Shown piece by piece: positions 1 to 9,174 of a DNA stretch of 64,000 bases; position 1 is the stretch's first letter, and each line of letters begins with the position of its first letter. This DNA is from an uncultured archaeon (lineage in GTDB: Archaea > Altiarchaeota > Altiarchaeia > IMC4 > CAZEGI01), in the NCBI GenBank assembly GCA_964512105.1, contig CAZEGI010000001.1, forward strand, positions 40,534-104,533, given 5' to 3'. Made by a program: the position numbers and the translations under genes. The notes under the pieces are model-generated. The model saw only the letters and a list, made by a program, of their open reading frames with translations. It ran no database searches and was not told where the DNA came from.

Positions 1-569
1 TCGTAGATTGCGAAACTCGCTTTTGGATTGCCGTCCCGCGGCTGGCCCACGGAGCCGGGGTTCAGAATTGTTTTTTCGCCGAATTTTTTTATCATCGGCT
101 GGTGGGTGTGCCCGAGCACGAGCAGGTTTTGTTTTATTCCTTCGAGGAATGATTCCATATACGGATGGTGGGGAAAAATGTATTCCTCAAGCGGGTTTCG
201 GGGACTGCCATGGACCATGTAAAAATCCTTGGTTTCGTAAAACAGCGGCAGGGACTTAAGGAATTTCAGGTTCTCGGGTTTCAAATTTTTTTGCGTCCAT
301 TCTATGGCTTTGTATGCTACGGGATTGAAACCTTCCTTCAATTCTATTCTTTTGAAAACCGACGTATCGTTTTCCGCAGCAACAAAATCGTGGTTTCCTA
401 GAATGCAGGGGATTTTTTTGTTTCGTAACATTTCAATAACCTCGTTTGGGAATGGATTGTAGCCGACAAGGTCGCCACAGCAAAAAATCTTCAGGTTTCC
501 TATCTCATTTAGCACTGCTTCTAGAGCCGGAAGATTTCCATGCGGGTCCGCTATGAATGCGACTTTCAT
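1..569 (-). CDS. Calcineurin-like metallophosphoesterase (YfcE/MJ0936-like); the C-terminal end runs off the window
   Basis: Reverse-strand translation from ATG (569-567) reads MKVAFIADPHGNLPALEAVLNEI...CCGDLVGYNPFPNEV...ILGNHD...MVHGSPRNPLEEY...VLGHTHQP. This gives the classic DxH, GD, GNH[DE] and GHxH phosphoesterase motifs. The ORF is absent from the track because it is truncated by the window edge. Confidence 0.7.
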   Translation of the reverse strand, partial: MKVAFIADPHGNLPALEAVLNEIGNLKIFCCGDLVGYNPFPNEVIEMLRNKKIPCILGNHDFVAAENDTSVFKRIELKEGFNPVAYKAIEWTQKNLKPENLKFLKSLPLFYETKDFYMVHGSPRNPLEEYIFPHHPYMESFLEGIKQNLLVLGHTHQPMIKKFGEKTILNPGSVGQPRDGNPKASFAIY

Positions 570-596
570 ATAATAGTATTATAAATTAATTGTTAA

Positions 597-3149
597 TTGC
601 CGAGAATGGATCTGGTCAAGTTAGCCCAGCTGAGGTATCTACCGAAACAGGCGGATGGGGATTTTGAAAAGGGCGACTACAAAAAAGCGCTGCAGAAGTA
701 CCTGAAGATTGCCGAGATAATACTTGAGTCTGAACGTTATTCCGAGCTTGCGCCGTACTACATGAAGATAGCGCAGTGCTATGGAAAGCTGAAGGGTAGA
801 GACGACGAAAGGGAAAAGTTCAACCAAAAGGCTGGCGAGTACTACACCAAGTCCGCGGAGATGCTGAAACGACAGGGCAAGTATCTTGAGGCCGCAAGTT
901 CCTACGGGAACGCGGCAAAGGCCTATGAGAACGCTGGCGATTACAAAACGGCGGCACAGTACTCGGAAAAGGCAGCTAACATCTATTTAGAAAAAAACGA
1001 TAATTTTTCAGCGTCTGCGGAGTACAACAATGCGGCAAAGTATCACGAGCGTGTTGGGGATTCAGGAACCGCCTCGCAGTATTATGTAAAGGCTGGTGAC
1101 ATGGACCTGGAGCTGAAGGATTATCCGTCTGCTGCCGCTTCATACAGCGATGCTGCAAACTGTTACAACCAAGCAGGAAACTACAAAACCGCGATAGATT
1201 ACTATCTTAAGGCGATTGGTTTCGACCAGAGCGCAAAGCGCTACGACGAGGTTGCAAAACTGTACGATCTAATAGCCAAGTGTTATGAGCATCAGGGTGA
1301 CCATAAAAACGCGCTGCGGTATTACATGGAATCCGTAAGGTACAGTAAGGACATCAACGATGCGGTTTCCATCATCAGGAGTTACAAGAATGTTGCCCAG
1401 AGTTATGAAAAACTCGGGGAACATGAAAAATCCATAGAGAACTACATAACGGCTGCTGACCTGAGTTCCGATTTGCGGGATTACGGAAATGCCTTCGAGT
1501 CGTACCTTGGAGCTGCGACGGGTTATGAAAAAACCGGAAATCTCGTCAAGGCCGCGGAGTACTATGCGCTGGCTGCCAAGGCAAGCCTTTCGAACAAGAA
1601 CGAGAGGGATGCCCTGAGGTATTATACACGGGCTACGGAGTTGGGCATAGAACTGGCGAAACGGGAAACGGACAAGGAAAAATCCGCAGGGCATTATATC
1701 CGGGCTGCAGACGGTTTTAGAGACATCAGGGAATATGGAAAAGCCGCCGACAACTACCTGAAATTTGCTGAACTAATGGCTGACGTTAACCACGACAGAG
1801 CGGTCGATGGTTACAAAAAGGCTGCGGAGATGTTTATAGAAATGGACGACCTCTACAGCGCAGGAAACGCGTATGTCATGGCCGGAGAGTTTGTAAACGC
1901 AACGCACAATTACATCAATCACGGGGATGTGATGGTGAAACAGGGGCTGAACCTGCATGCGGCTAACGGTTACATGCGTGCGGCAGAATGTTACCATGAG
2001 CTTAAGAACGAGGAACTTGAGCACGAATACTATGACCGGGCCATATGGAATTACACGCGATACTTCAAGACGAATCAGGATACTGCGGAAAATACGGAAG
2101 AACTGGGGATGATCGCTGAGGCGTATAAGAACGCAGCCGAATGCTACAGAAACCTTAAGGATTTGCAAAAGGCGAGCGACCACTTTAAAGGGGCTGTGGA
2201 ATTTTACAAGCGGGCCGGATGGGAGGATGAAACTACTATCACAAGCGCATTTCTGGCAAAGGTTGATGGAGAACTCGCTGTTGAACACGGTTATTACGAG
2301 AATGCTGATAAACTGCTGAATTCTGCAGTGAAATATTTCGAATCCGCGCTCAAGATTGAGGATTTAACTCCGGTTTATAGAGAACGCCTGAAACAGAATT
2401 TGGAGGACATAAAAAACATCCTGAAGAAGGTCAAGGTAAAACCGGATGTTGTTTTGGAACTCAACGAGCATTCCCGCTGTCCTGTGGGCAAGCAGATGAT
2501 TTTGGATGGTGCGATAAGGAATCTGGGCGAGCACATCATCAGGAAAATCATGTTCCTGTCGCATCTTCCGGAGGAGCTCGAGCTTGAAAAAATTCCGGGC
2601 GAGATTGACGAACTCAAACCGAAGGAGTCCAGGAAGATTGCACTTGTGATTAAGGCCGGTGCTGCGGGAACGTTTAAACTCAAGCCGCTTGAGGCCATCT
2701 ATGAGGACGAGCTTGGAACGAAGTACGTCAAGGCATCCAACGAGGTTCTGATTGATGTGGGTGGCACAGCCGGTGTGAAACTCGGGGGGAGAAAAATTCC
2801 GGGAGCAGACAAAGGCAAGCCGCAAGTGGACTTGGTTTTGGAAAAGCCACCGGCCGTTAAGATGGGCCAGAAATTTTCAATGAATGGGAAGGTGATGAAC
2901 CGGGGCGGTGAGGAGGTTACCGACGTCAGGATTATGCAGAACCTTCCGGATGAGTTCGAACTGGTGAAACCGCCTGAAGAAATCAAGGTCCTGAAACCGG
3001 GTGAAGTGAAGGGTGTGGAGCTCGAGCTGAAAGCACGCAAGCATGGAGAATACAGATTCAGCCCGCTCGAGATGTTTTACCATGACAGGCATGGCGGAAG
3101 GTTCTTCAAGGCGGCTGAGGAAGTGGACGTCGTTGTTAAGAAAAAATAG
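597..3149 (+). CDS. Large cytoplasmic alpha-solenoid repeat protein: about 25 copies of a 20-aa Tyr/Ala repeat (SNAP/TPR-like), with a C-terminal DUF11/CARDB-like beta domain
   Basis: The 850-aa ORF is dominated by tandem units of the form Y-x2-A-A-x2-Y-x3-G-D-Y-x2-A (e.g. YGNAAKAYENAGDYKTAAQ; YSDAANCYNQAGNYKTAIDYYLKA). There is no signal peptide. The last 120 aa or so (KPPAVKMGQKFSMNGKVMNRGGEEVTDVRIMQNLPDEFELV...) resemble a DUF11/CARDB beta-sandwich. Confidence 0.55.
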   Translation: MPRMDLVKLAQLRYLPKQADGDFEKGDYKKALQKYLKIAEIILESERYSELAPYYMKIAQCYGKLKGRDDEREKFNQKAGEYYTKSAEMLKRQGKYLEAASSYGNAAKAYENAGDYKTAAQYSEKAANIYLEKNDNFSASAEYNNAAKYHERVGDSGTASQYYVKAGDMDLELKDYPSAAASYSDAANCYNQAGNYKTAIDYYLKAIGFDQSAKRYDEVAKLYDLIAKCYEHQGDHKNALRYYMESVRYSKDINDAVSIIRSYKNVAQSYEKLGEHEKSIENYITAADLSSDLRDYGNAFESYLGAATGYEKTGNLVKAAEYYALAAKASLSNKNERDALRYYTRATELGIELAKRETDKEKSAGHYIRAADGFRDIREYGKAADNYLKFAELMADVNHDRAVDGYKKAAEMFIEMDDLYSAGNAYVMAGEFVNATHNYINHGDVMVKQGLNLHAANGYMRAAECYHELKNEELEHEYYDRAIWNYTRYFKTNQDTAENTEELGMIAEAYKNAAECYRNLKDLQKASDHFKGAVEFYKRAGWEDETTITSAFLAKVDGELAVEHGYYENADKLLNSAVKYFESALKIEDLTPVYRERLKQNLEDIKNILKKVKVKPDVVLELNEHSRCPVGKQMILDGAIRNLGEHIIRKIMFLSHLPEELELEKIPGEIDELKPKESRKIALVIKAGAAGTFKLKPLEAIYEDELGTKYVKASNEVLIDVGGTAGVKLGGRKIPGADKGKPQVDLVLEKPPAVKMGQKFSMNGKVMNRGGEEVTDVRIMQNLPDEFELVKPPEEIKVLKPGEVKGVELELKARKHGEYRFSPLEMFYHDRHGGRFFKAAEEVDVVVKKK

Positions 3150-3205
3150 CCCGGTTAACCTGTTTTCTGTTACGTTTTAATTCCTTATTCTTAATTAATA
3201 CTGAA

Positions 3206-4159
3206 ATGCCGGAACGCGATAAGGATGTTTACCAGCAGTTTGCACAGATGTACGACGAAATCCACAAGCGGATTGTCGGTGAAGAGGAAACCATAAGGGA
3301 CATAATTATCGCGATATTCGGTGGCGGCCATGTGCTGATTGAGAGTGTTCCGGGCATGGGCAAAACGATGCTTGCCAAGACCATTTCCGAAACGTTAGAC
3401 TGCGACTTCAAGAGGATTCAGTGCACAGCGGACCTTAGGCCGACGGATATAATCGGCAAGATGGCTTTCGACGAGGCTAAGAAGAAATACGTTCTGTCCA
3501 AGGGACCGATATTCACGAACATCCTGCTGATTGACGAAATAAACCGCGCGCCGCCAAAGACACAGTCAGCGCTGCTTGAGGCGATGGCCGAGAAAAATGT
3601 CACCATCGGCGGTGAATCGTACAAAGTGACAGAGCCGTTTATCGTTCTTGCAACGGAAAACCCCGTGGAGCAGGAGGGGACCTTTCCGCTGCCCGAGGCG
3701 CAGAAGGACAGGTTTCTTTTCAAATCGGTTATAAAATACCTCCCCATGGAGGAAGAGATCGCCATTGTGAAGTCAAAGGCGAGGGAGGAGAAGATAAACA
3801 AGATTTTCAACCCGCCTGAGATTTTGATAATACGGGAGGAGATAGCAAAAACCGTCTCAATTTCGGATGCGATTCTGGAGTATGTGGTGAAGATCGTCGA
3901 TGCAACGCGCGAACGGAGGGAGGTCGCAACCGGCGCAAGCCCGAGGGCGTCGATTGCGTTCATGACCGCGACAAAGACCAAGGCGTTTCTTGAGGGAAGG
4001 AACCATGTAACCGCGAAGGACATAAAGGAGATGGCACTCCCGATTTTGAGGCACCGCCTGATATTGAACCCGGACTCGGCGGATTTCGGAGTTACACCGG
4101 ACGACGTTATAACGAAGGTGCTTGAGAGAATCGAAGCACCGGCGGAAAAAAATGTATAA
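3206..4159 (+). CDS. MoxR-family AAA+ ATPase
   Basis: Walker A is GHVLIESVPGMGKTMLAK and Walker B is LLIDEINRAPPKTQSALLEAMAE. The 317-aa length and overall order match MoxR/RavA-type chaperone ATPases. Confidence 0.85.
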   Translation: MPERDKDVYQQFAQMYDEIHKRIVGEEETIRDIIIAIFGGGHVLIESVPGMGKTMLAKTISETLDCDFKRIQCTADLRPTDIIGKMAFDEAKKKYVLSKGPIFTNILLIDEINRAPPKTQSALLEAMAEKNVTIGGESYKVTEPFIVLATENPVEQEGTFPLPEAQKDRFLFKSVIKYLPMEEEIAIVKSKAREEKINKIFNPPEILIIREEIAKTVSISDAILEYVVKIVDATRERREVATGASPRASIAFMTATKTKAFLEGRNHVTAKDIKEMALPILRHRLILNPDSADFGVTPDDVITKVLERIEAPAEKNV

Positions 4160-6191
4160 ACCGACTGTTGTTGCACTGGTGGTTTTGGTGCTGGTCTGGA
4201 GCTGCAGCGCGGAACTTCTTGAGGAGCGCATCAGTGAGGTGTGGAAGCAGACCATGACGGGCATCGGCACGTTTAATGTCGTAGACCTGGACGACGACGG
4301 CTCGAAGGAGATTTTGGTGGCGTTCAACGACAGTATTTTCGTTTTGAATTCTACGGGGAAGATTGCAAAAAGTTATTTGCTGGGCAACACTTCCGGCAGC
4401 ATATATGCGGTTGATGCGGCGGACATAAACGGCAACGGAAGAAAGGAACTTGTTGTCGGGGTCGGGGGAATGCGGGTGATTAATGAATACGGTTTGTACG
4501 GATTTGAAACTCCGGAAAACAAGAGCATAGTGTGGAAAACGAAGGTTCTGCACGAAACCCTTAACACGCGGGGTTCGATTGTTGTGCTGGATTTGAATGG
4601 AAGCGTGTTGTGGAGCGTTGAAACGAACGATAGCGTGAATGCCTTGGGTGTGTGCGACCTTGACGGCAATGTCCCTAAGGAGATTATCGGCGGTGTCGGG
4701 GATTACGCTGTTGATACGTATAATGAGTACAAAGGTACTGATGCCAACGGGACTGCGGTATGGGAGCTTGTTGATTACCCAAAGCAGGACGGCTGGGTTT
4801 ATGTTTTCAACAGCACCGGTGTTTTGAGGTGGGGTTATAAGTTGAAACTCGTATCCGAGGGTAAAGAGGTTGTTGATGCTGACAATAACGTTAAGCGCCT
4901 GCAACTCGTGGACGTAAATCAGGACGGAATTAATGAGATATTCGCGGGCTCGGACAATGGATGGATTTACCTGCTGAACCGCACGGGGAGCTTGGCATGG
5001 AGTTACGGTTTTGGCGGAGCTATAAAATCTATGTACGCGGGAGATATCAACCGTGATAACAAGAGCGAATTTGTTATCGGCTCTGGGGATAACTACATCA
5101 CTGCCCTTGACAGCGGCAGGAGATTGTTGTGGAGGTATCGCCTTGGGGATTTTCCATCTGCTGTATACGTTACGGATTTCAATCTTGACGAGAGTGAGGA
5201 CATATTAGTGGCATCATGGGACCGCTACATCTACTCGTTTGACAAAACAGGGGGCCTGCAGTGGAAATACTTCGTCGGGGAGCGAATTTATTCCATGTTC
5301 GTAGCGGATATAGACAACGATGGCTACGAAGAGATAATTACTGCATCGCCCAACAACCTTACGGTGTTCAAACTGAACGAGAACTACCTGACGAAACAAC
5401 AGGCGGACAGGTACTACAACAAATCTTTGGCATACTTTGAATCTGCGGATTACGGCATAGCCATAATATACGCGCAAAAGGCAAGGGATTTGTACACGCG
5501 CATAGAGGACGGCACGGGCGTATCCAAGGCAAAGAAGATAATCGATGATGTGGAGCGACAACTCAGATTAGATAGAAAACTGAGCGCCGACGAGAAGTAT
5601 ACAGCGGCTTTGAATTTCTACAGCAAGAGCGAGTACGATACCGCGGAGGTTTATGTAAACTCCGCCAAAAGCATATACAAGGAGATAAACGATGATGAGG
5701 GAGTAGGCAAGTGTGATAAACTGCTCGCAAGGATAGAAAACGAACGCACAGTAAAGCGCAGGATTGATGTTGATGCCGTCTATGCAAAAGCCATGCTCGC
5801 TCTGGACTTCAATAACTACACGGCAGCGAGGGACTATGCACTGGAAGCGAGGGAGGATTACAACAACCTCGGTGCAACAAACGATGCGGAAAAATGCGAC
5901 CTTATAATAAACAGGGTTGGCGAGGCGTATTACGAAACTTCACAGCGCTATTTCAATGAAGCCAATTACACGCGGTCGAGGGAATACTCGCAACTCGCGA
6001 AGGAAACGTTCATGCTCACCAGAAACACCGAGGGTGTAACAAAAGTGGAAATGCTTCTAACGCAGCTTGATGCCGCGGAGACGAGCGAGCAAGAACGGCT
6101 ACCTTCGGAACCGAGCACGCTTCCCTACGTGGTTTTTGCTGTTTTGATTGTCGCCTCTGTGGTGATTGTGGTAAGGAGCTTGAGAAAGTAA
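4152..6191 (+). CDS. Membrane-anchored 7-bladed PQQ/FG-GAP-like beta-propeller protein with four C-terminal Tyr/Ala-rich helical repeats and a C-terminal TM anchor
   Basis: ATG at 4152 overlaps the MoxR stop (ATGTATAA). There is a signal/anchor (MYKPTVVALVVLVLVWSCSA) and seven repeats of DxDxDG..E + G.L.W.Y (VDLDDDGSKEILVAF; VDVNQDGINEIFAGSDNGWIYLLNRTGSLAWSY; and others). Then come four ~50-aa repeats (YYNKSLAYFESADYGIAIIYAQKARDLY...) and a C-terminal TM segment, LPYVVFAVLIVASVVIVV. Confidence 0.6.
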   Translation: MYKPTVVALVVLVLVWSCSAELLEERISEVWKQTMTGIGTFNVVDLDDDGSKEILVAFNDSIFVLNSTGKIAKSYLLGNTSGSIYAVDAADINGNGRKELVVGVGGMRVINEYGLYGFETPENKSIVWKTKVLHETLNTRGSIVVLDLNGSVLWSVETNDSVNALGVCDLDGNVPKEIIGGVGDYAVDTYNEYKGTDANGTAVWELVDYPKQDGWVYVFNSTGVLRWGYKLKLVSEGKEVVDADNNVKRLQLVDVNQDGINEIFAGSDNGWIYLLNRTGSLAWSYGFGGAIKSMYAGDINRDNKSEFVIGSGDNYITALDSGRRLLWRYRLGDFPSAVYVTDFNLDESEDILVASWDRYIYSFDKTGGLQWKYFVGERIYSMFVADIDNDGYEEIITASPNNLTVFKLNENYLTKQQADRYYNKSLAYFESADYGIAIIYAQKARDLYTRIEDGTGVSKAKKIIDDVERQLRLDRKLSADEKYTAALNFYSKSEYDTAEVYVNSAKSIYKEINDDEGVGKCDKLLARIENERTVKRRIDVDAVYAKAMLALDFNNYTAARDYALEAREDYNNLGATNDAEKCDLIINRVGEAYYETSQRYFNEANYTRSREYSQLAKETFMLTRNTEGVTKVEMLLTQLDAAETSEQERLPSEPSTLPYVVFAVLIVASVVIVVRSLRK

Positions 6192-6196
6192 TTAAA

Positions 6197-8224
6197 ATGG
6201 AGAAGAGGGCTGGCGTTGTGGTTGTTTTTTTGTTAGTGTTGTTTCTGCTGCCGTTAATGCCTGCACAGCCGGTAAACCTGCAGATAGTTATAAACAACGA
6301 TGCAGAGTACACAAACTCTAGGGATGTTGTGTTAAAGGTGAGTGCAACGAACGCAGACAGTTGCCGCTATAAGAATGCAGGCGAGGACTGGAGTTCATGG
6401 GAAAAGTGGGTTTTTGTTCCGGGCGTTCCACAGACCAAGGGAAAAGATTGGATGCTGTCCGCAGGCGATGGCGCCAAGCAGGTTTATTTCCAGTGTAAGG
6501 ATGAAGATGAACAGTTATCGCAGGTGGTTTCGGACACGATAGTTCTTGATACAGCACCGCCAAGCGGACTGTCAATTTTGATAAACAACGGTGATGAATA
6601 CGCGACTGCGCAGGAGGTTACACTTACACTGTCCGCGAGCGGCGCAAGCGACTGCAGATACAAAAATGAGGACGAAGAATGGGGTTCGTGGGAAAACTAC
6701 GTGGCGGAGAGGTTGTGGAATTTGAGTGCAGGGGATGGTTTGAAGAGTGTTTCCTACCAGTGCAAGGACCTTGCGGAAAATTATGCGGAAACCTCAGACA
6801 CGATAACCCTTGATACGACGATGCCGATTATTGGAATTTTTTTGGTTGATAATGATGCAGATTACACAAACAGCGTAGGGGTAACGCTAAACGTAATTGC
6901 AAGTAATGTTACGGAATGTAGGTATAATGAAAACGAATGGACTGCATGGGAGGATTATGTTACAGAAAAGCCATGGGTGTTGTCGTCGGGTGACGGTTTA
7001 AAGACGGTTTACTGCCAGTGCAGAAATGTCGCGGGGGTGGAATCCGGAATTGTTAATGATTCCATAACCTTGGACAGCACCCCGCCGGAAAACCTTTCAA
7101 TAAGGATAAACCACAATGCGGACTACGCCACAAAAAAATCCGTTGTTCTGAATCTCAACGCAGAGAGCGCGAGCGAATGCCAGCAGAGGAATGAGAATGA
7201 TGCATGGACCGGGTTTGAGGCTTACGGAACGCGAAGGTTGTGGAACCTCAGCGACGGCAACGGTTTGAAAAACGTTTCATACCAATGCGTTGACCCTGCA
7301 GGAAACCCGTCGGTTGTCGTTTATGACCTTATACTTCTGGACAACAATGCGATTCCTCCCGCGCCCGTGATAACAGAACCTGTTAGTGGCGTGATACAGA
7401 ACACTCCGCCGTTAGAGATAAGCGTTGCAGGAACCGCGGAACCGGAAAGGGAAGTTTGGGTTTACGTTAATCTTGTTCTGGTAAACAAAACGGTTGCGGA
7501 TGAATACGGAATTTTTAGTTTGAACCTGACGCTGAACGAAGAAACGAACGTCATAACCGCAAAGGCGCTGAACTACAACGGCATGAGCGAAAGCTCGAAT
7601 GAGGTTGTTGTTTTTGTCACCCCGCAACAACCGACCACGAGGAACGTCTCGTTGTATTTCGGATGGAATTTCTTCACGCTTCCGATAGAGCCGATAGACA
7701 AGAGGCCGGGAATCGTGATGTCCGGACTGGAGTACGACCGCGTTGTAAGGTACAATCCCTCAAAGGAAAAATTCGAGCGATACACGGAAAAAATGCTGGA
7801 ATCCATGCAGACGCTGAAGGAGCTCAGGGCGGGTTATGCGTACTACGTGTTCGTAACAGATAGGGATTACAGGTATCCTGATGCAATAAACCTTGTTATT
7901 ACCGGACCGCTGCCGCAGTACCAGCTCCCGCCGAAAATAACGCTGGTGTACGGCTGGAACAGTTTTGGCATTCCGGAGGAAAGCTATCTTGCAAAGGACA
8001 TACGTTCCGCTCTTGAGAACGTCAGCACCGTGGGCGGCCAAGCCAAATACGCGGATCTTACAGGAAAGTACGAGAAGATTGCACGTTACTCGAAAGCGGA
8101 TGAGCGATTTGAAACCTATGACCCGAATCCTGGTGGTTTGCGAGAGTTCGACACGTTTGAGGTTGGCAAGGCCTATTGGATTTACTACAACGATACGGAA
8201 AGCATTACCATAAGGTTGAGATGA
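6197..8224 (+). CDS. Secreted adhesin-like protein: signal peptide, four tandem ~95-aa two-cysteine modules, Ig-like domain and C-terminal domain
   Basis: Signal peptide MEKRAGVVVVFLLVLFLLPLMPA. Four paralogous modules each carry ...NND.EY....V.L......S.CRYKNE...W..WE.......W.LSAGDGLK.V.YQCKD...... An Ig-like segment (VITEPVSGVIQNTPPLEISVAGTAEPEREVWVYVN...) follows. Confidence 0.55.
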   Translation: MEKRAGVVVVFLLVLFLLPLMPAQPVNLQIVINNDAEYTNSRDVVLKVSATNADSCRYKNAGEDWSSWEKWVFVPGVPQTKGKDWMLSAGDGAKQVYFQCKDEDEQLSQVVSDTIVLDTAPPSGLSILINNGDEYATAQEVTLTLSASGASDCRYKNEDEEWGSWENYVAERLWNLSAGDGLKSVSYQCKDLAENYAETSDTITLDTTMPIIGIFLVDNDADYTNSVGVTLNVIASNVTECRYNENEWTAWEDYVTEKPWVLSSGDGLKTVYCQCRNVAGVESGIVNDSITLDSTPPENLSIRINHNADYATKKSVVLNLNAESASECQQRNENDAWTGFEAYGTRRLWNLSDGNGLKNVSYQCVDPAGNPSVVVYDLILLDNNAIPPAPVITEPVSGVIQNTPPLEISVAGTAEPEREVWVYVNLVLVNKTVADEYGIFSLNLTLNEETNVITAKALNYNGMSESSNEVVVFVTPQQPTTRNVSLYFGWNFFTLPIEPIDKRPGIVMSGLEYDRVVRYNPSKEKFERYTEKMLESMQTLKELRAGYAYYVFVTDRDYRYPDAINLVITGPLPQYQLPPKITLVYGWNSFGIPEESYLAKDIRSALENVSTVGGQAKYADLTGKYEKIARYSKADERFETYDPNPGGLREFDTFEVGKAYWIYYNDTESITIRLR

Positions 8225-9174
8225 TGAGATTTGTAACAATAATAACAATAATGGTCATGATAACGGGCGTGAGCGCGCAGCCGCTGCCGGGAATAGAGGT
8301 CTGGGGACAGGTTGAGAACTATCAGGGTGCAGTGGATAACGCAATGGTTGTTGTAGTGGTTCCGAACACCGGTTACAGCAACACGACCTACACGAACGCG
8401 GACGGGTTTTACGATTTTTTAAGCGTTAATGCAAGTGTTGACGATGTCGTGATAGTAAACGCCACAAAGAACTTCCAGGTCGGTGGAAGTTCCGTGACTG
8501 TTGTGGAAGGTTCGAACCTTTACCGTGCGGATATCACACTTGTTCTGACAGTCATGCTCACCAACGTTGCGCTGGATGTCGGCAACGATACGGAAAAACC
8601 GTTTGAATTTTACGTCCCAGGGAATTTTACCGGAACCTTCATGACGGGGGACTTTTCCGACAGGGTCAACGAGATTTTGATGAAAAACTGCGAATGCGGC
8701 GGGTGTGCGATTGTAGGTGGTGATTGCATCATTCCCTTGAGATTGGGCTCGGATTCGCCTGGAAATTTAACAGTCAACGACCTTTATGTTCAGTACTCTG
8801 TGGGGAAAAGCATCAGGAACGTGAGTTACGGAAATGGCTTCAGATATTCGCGCGGGGGCTGCTGGGAAATCGAGTACGAAACTGTAAGTGGTAGAAAAAC
8901 GATGAACGTTTCGGTTCCGCCCGGACACGATTGCAGCAATCCCCTGAAGTACACGGGTGTGGAGCATGGATATCAGGAAACCGACGACGCGATAAATGAT
9001 GCGATGTATAGGTTGCTTAACGAAACAATGGATGCGGACGGAAACGGTGTTGTGGACAAGATAACTCAGGATGAGTATTTCAACCCGGAAAGCATGGTGT
9101 TCAACGCAGACGGCAGCATCGGAATAAAATCGCTCTGGGGGCCGTCGCTGTTTAAACTTATAGTGTGGATATGA
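8221..9174 (+). CDS. Secreted protein with a carboxypeptidase-regulatory-like (CarbopepD_reg) beta-sandwich domain
   Basis: Start at 8221 (MMRFVTIITIMVMITGVSAQP gives a Sec signal with AQP cleavage) overlaps the upstream stop. The segment VVVVPNTGYSNTTYTNADGFYDF...VVIVNATKNF matches the CarbopepD_reg pattern. The protein is Cys-rich (CECGGCAIVGGDC). Confidence 0.45.
   Translation: MMRFVTIITIMVMITGVSAQPLPGIEVWGQVENYQGAVDNAMVVVVVPNTGYSNTTYTNADGFYDFLSVNASVDDVVIVNATKNFQVGGSSVTVVEGSNLYRADITLVLTVMLTNVALDVGNDTEKPFEFYVPGNFTGTFMTGDFSDRVNEILMKNCECGGCAIVGGDCIIPLRLGSDSPGNLTVNDLYVQYSVGKSIRNVSYGNGFRYSRGGCWEIEYETVSGRKTMNVSVPPGHDCSNPLKYTGVEHGYQETDDAINDAMYRLLNETMDADGNGVVDKITQDEYFNPESMVFNADGSIGIKSLWGPSLFKLIVWI

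Noticed and set aside
3418-4904. Long antisense ORFs in the track (3418..4176-, 4107..4904-, 3857..4327-) opposite MoxR and the propeller gene
   Set aside because: They are Ser-rich, low-complexity translations opposite well-supported genes. They are typical spurious antisense frames.
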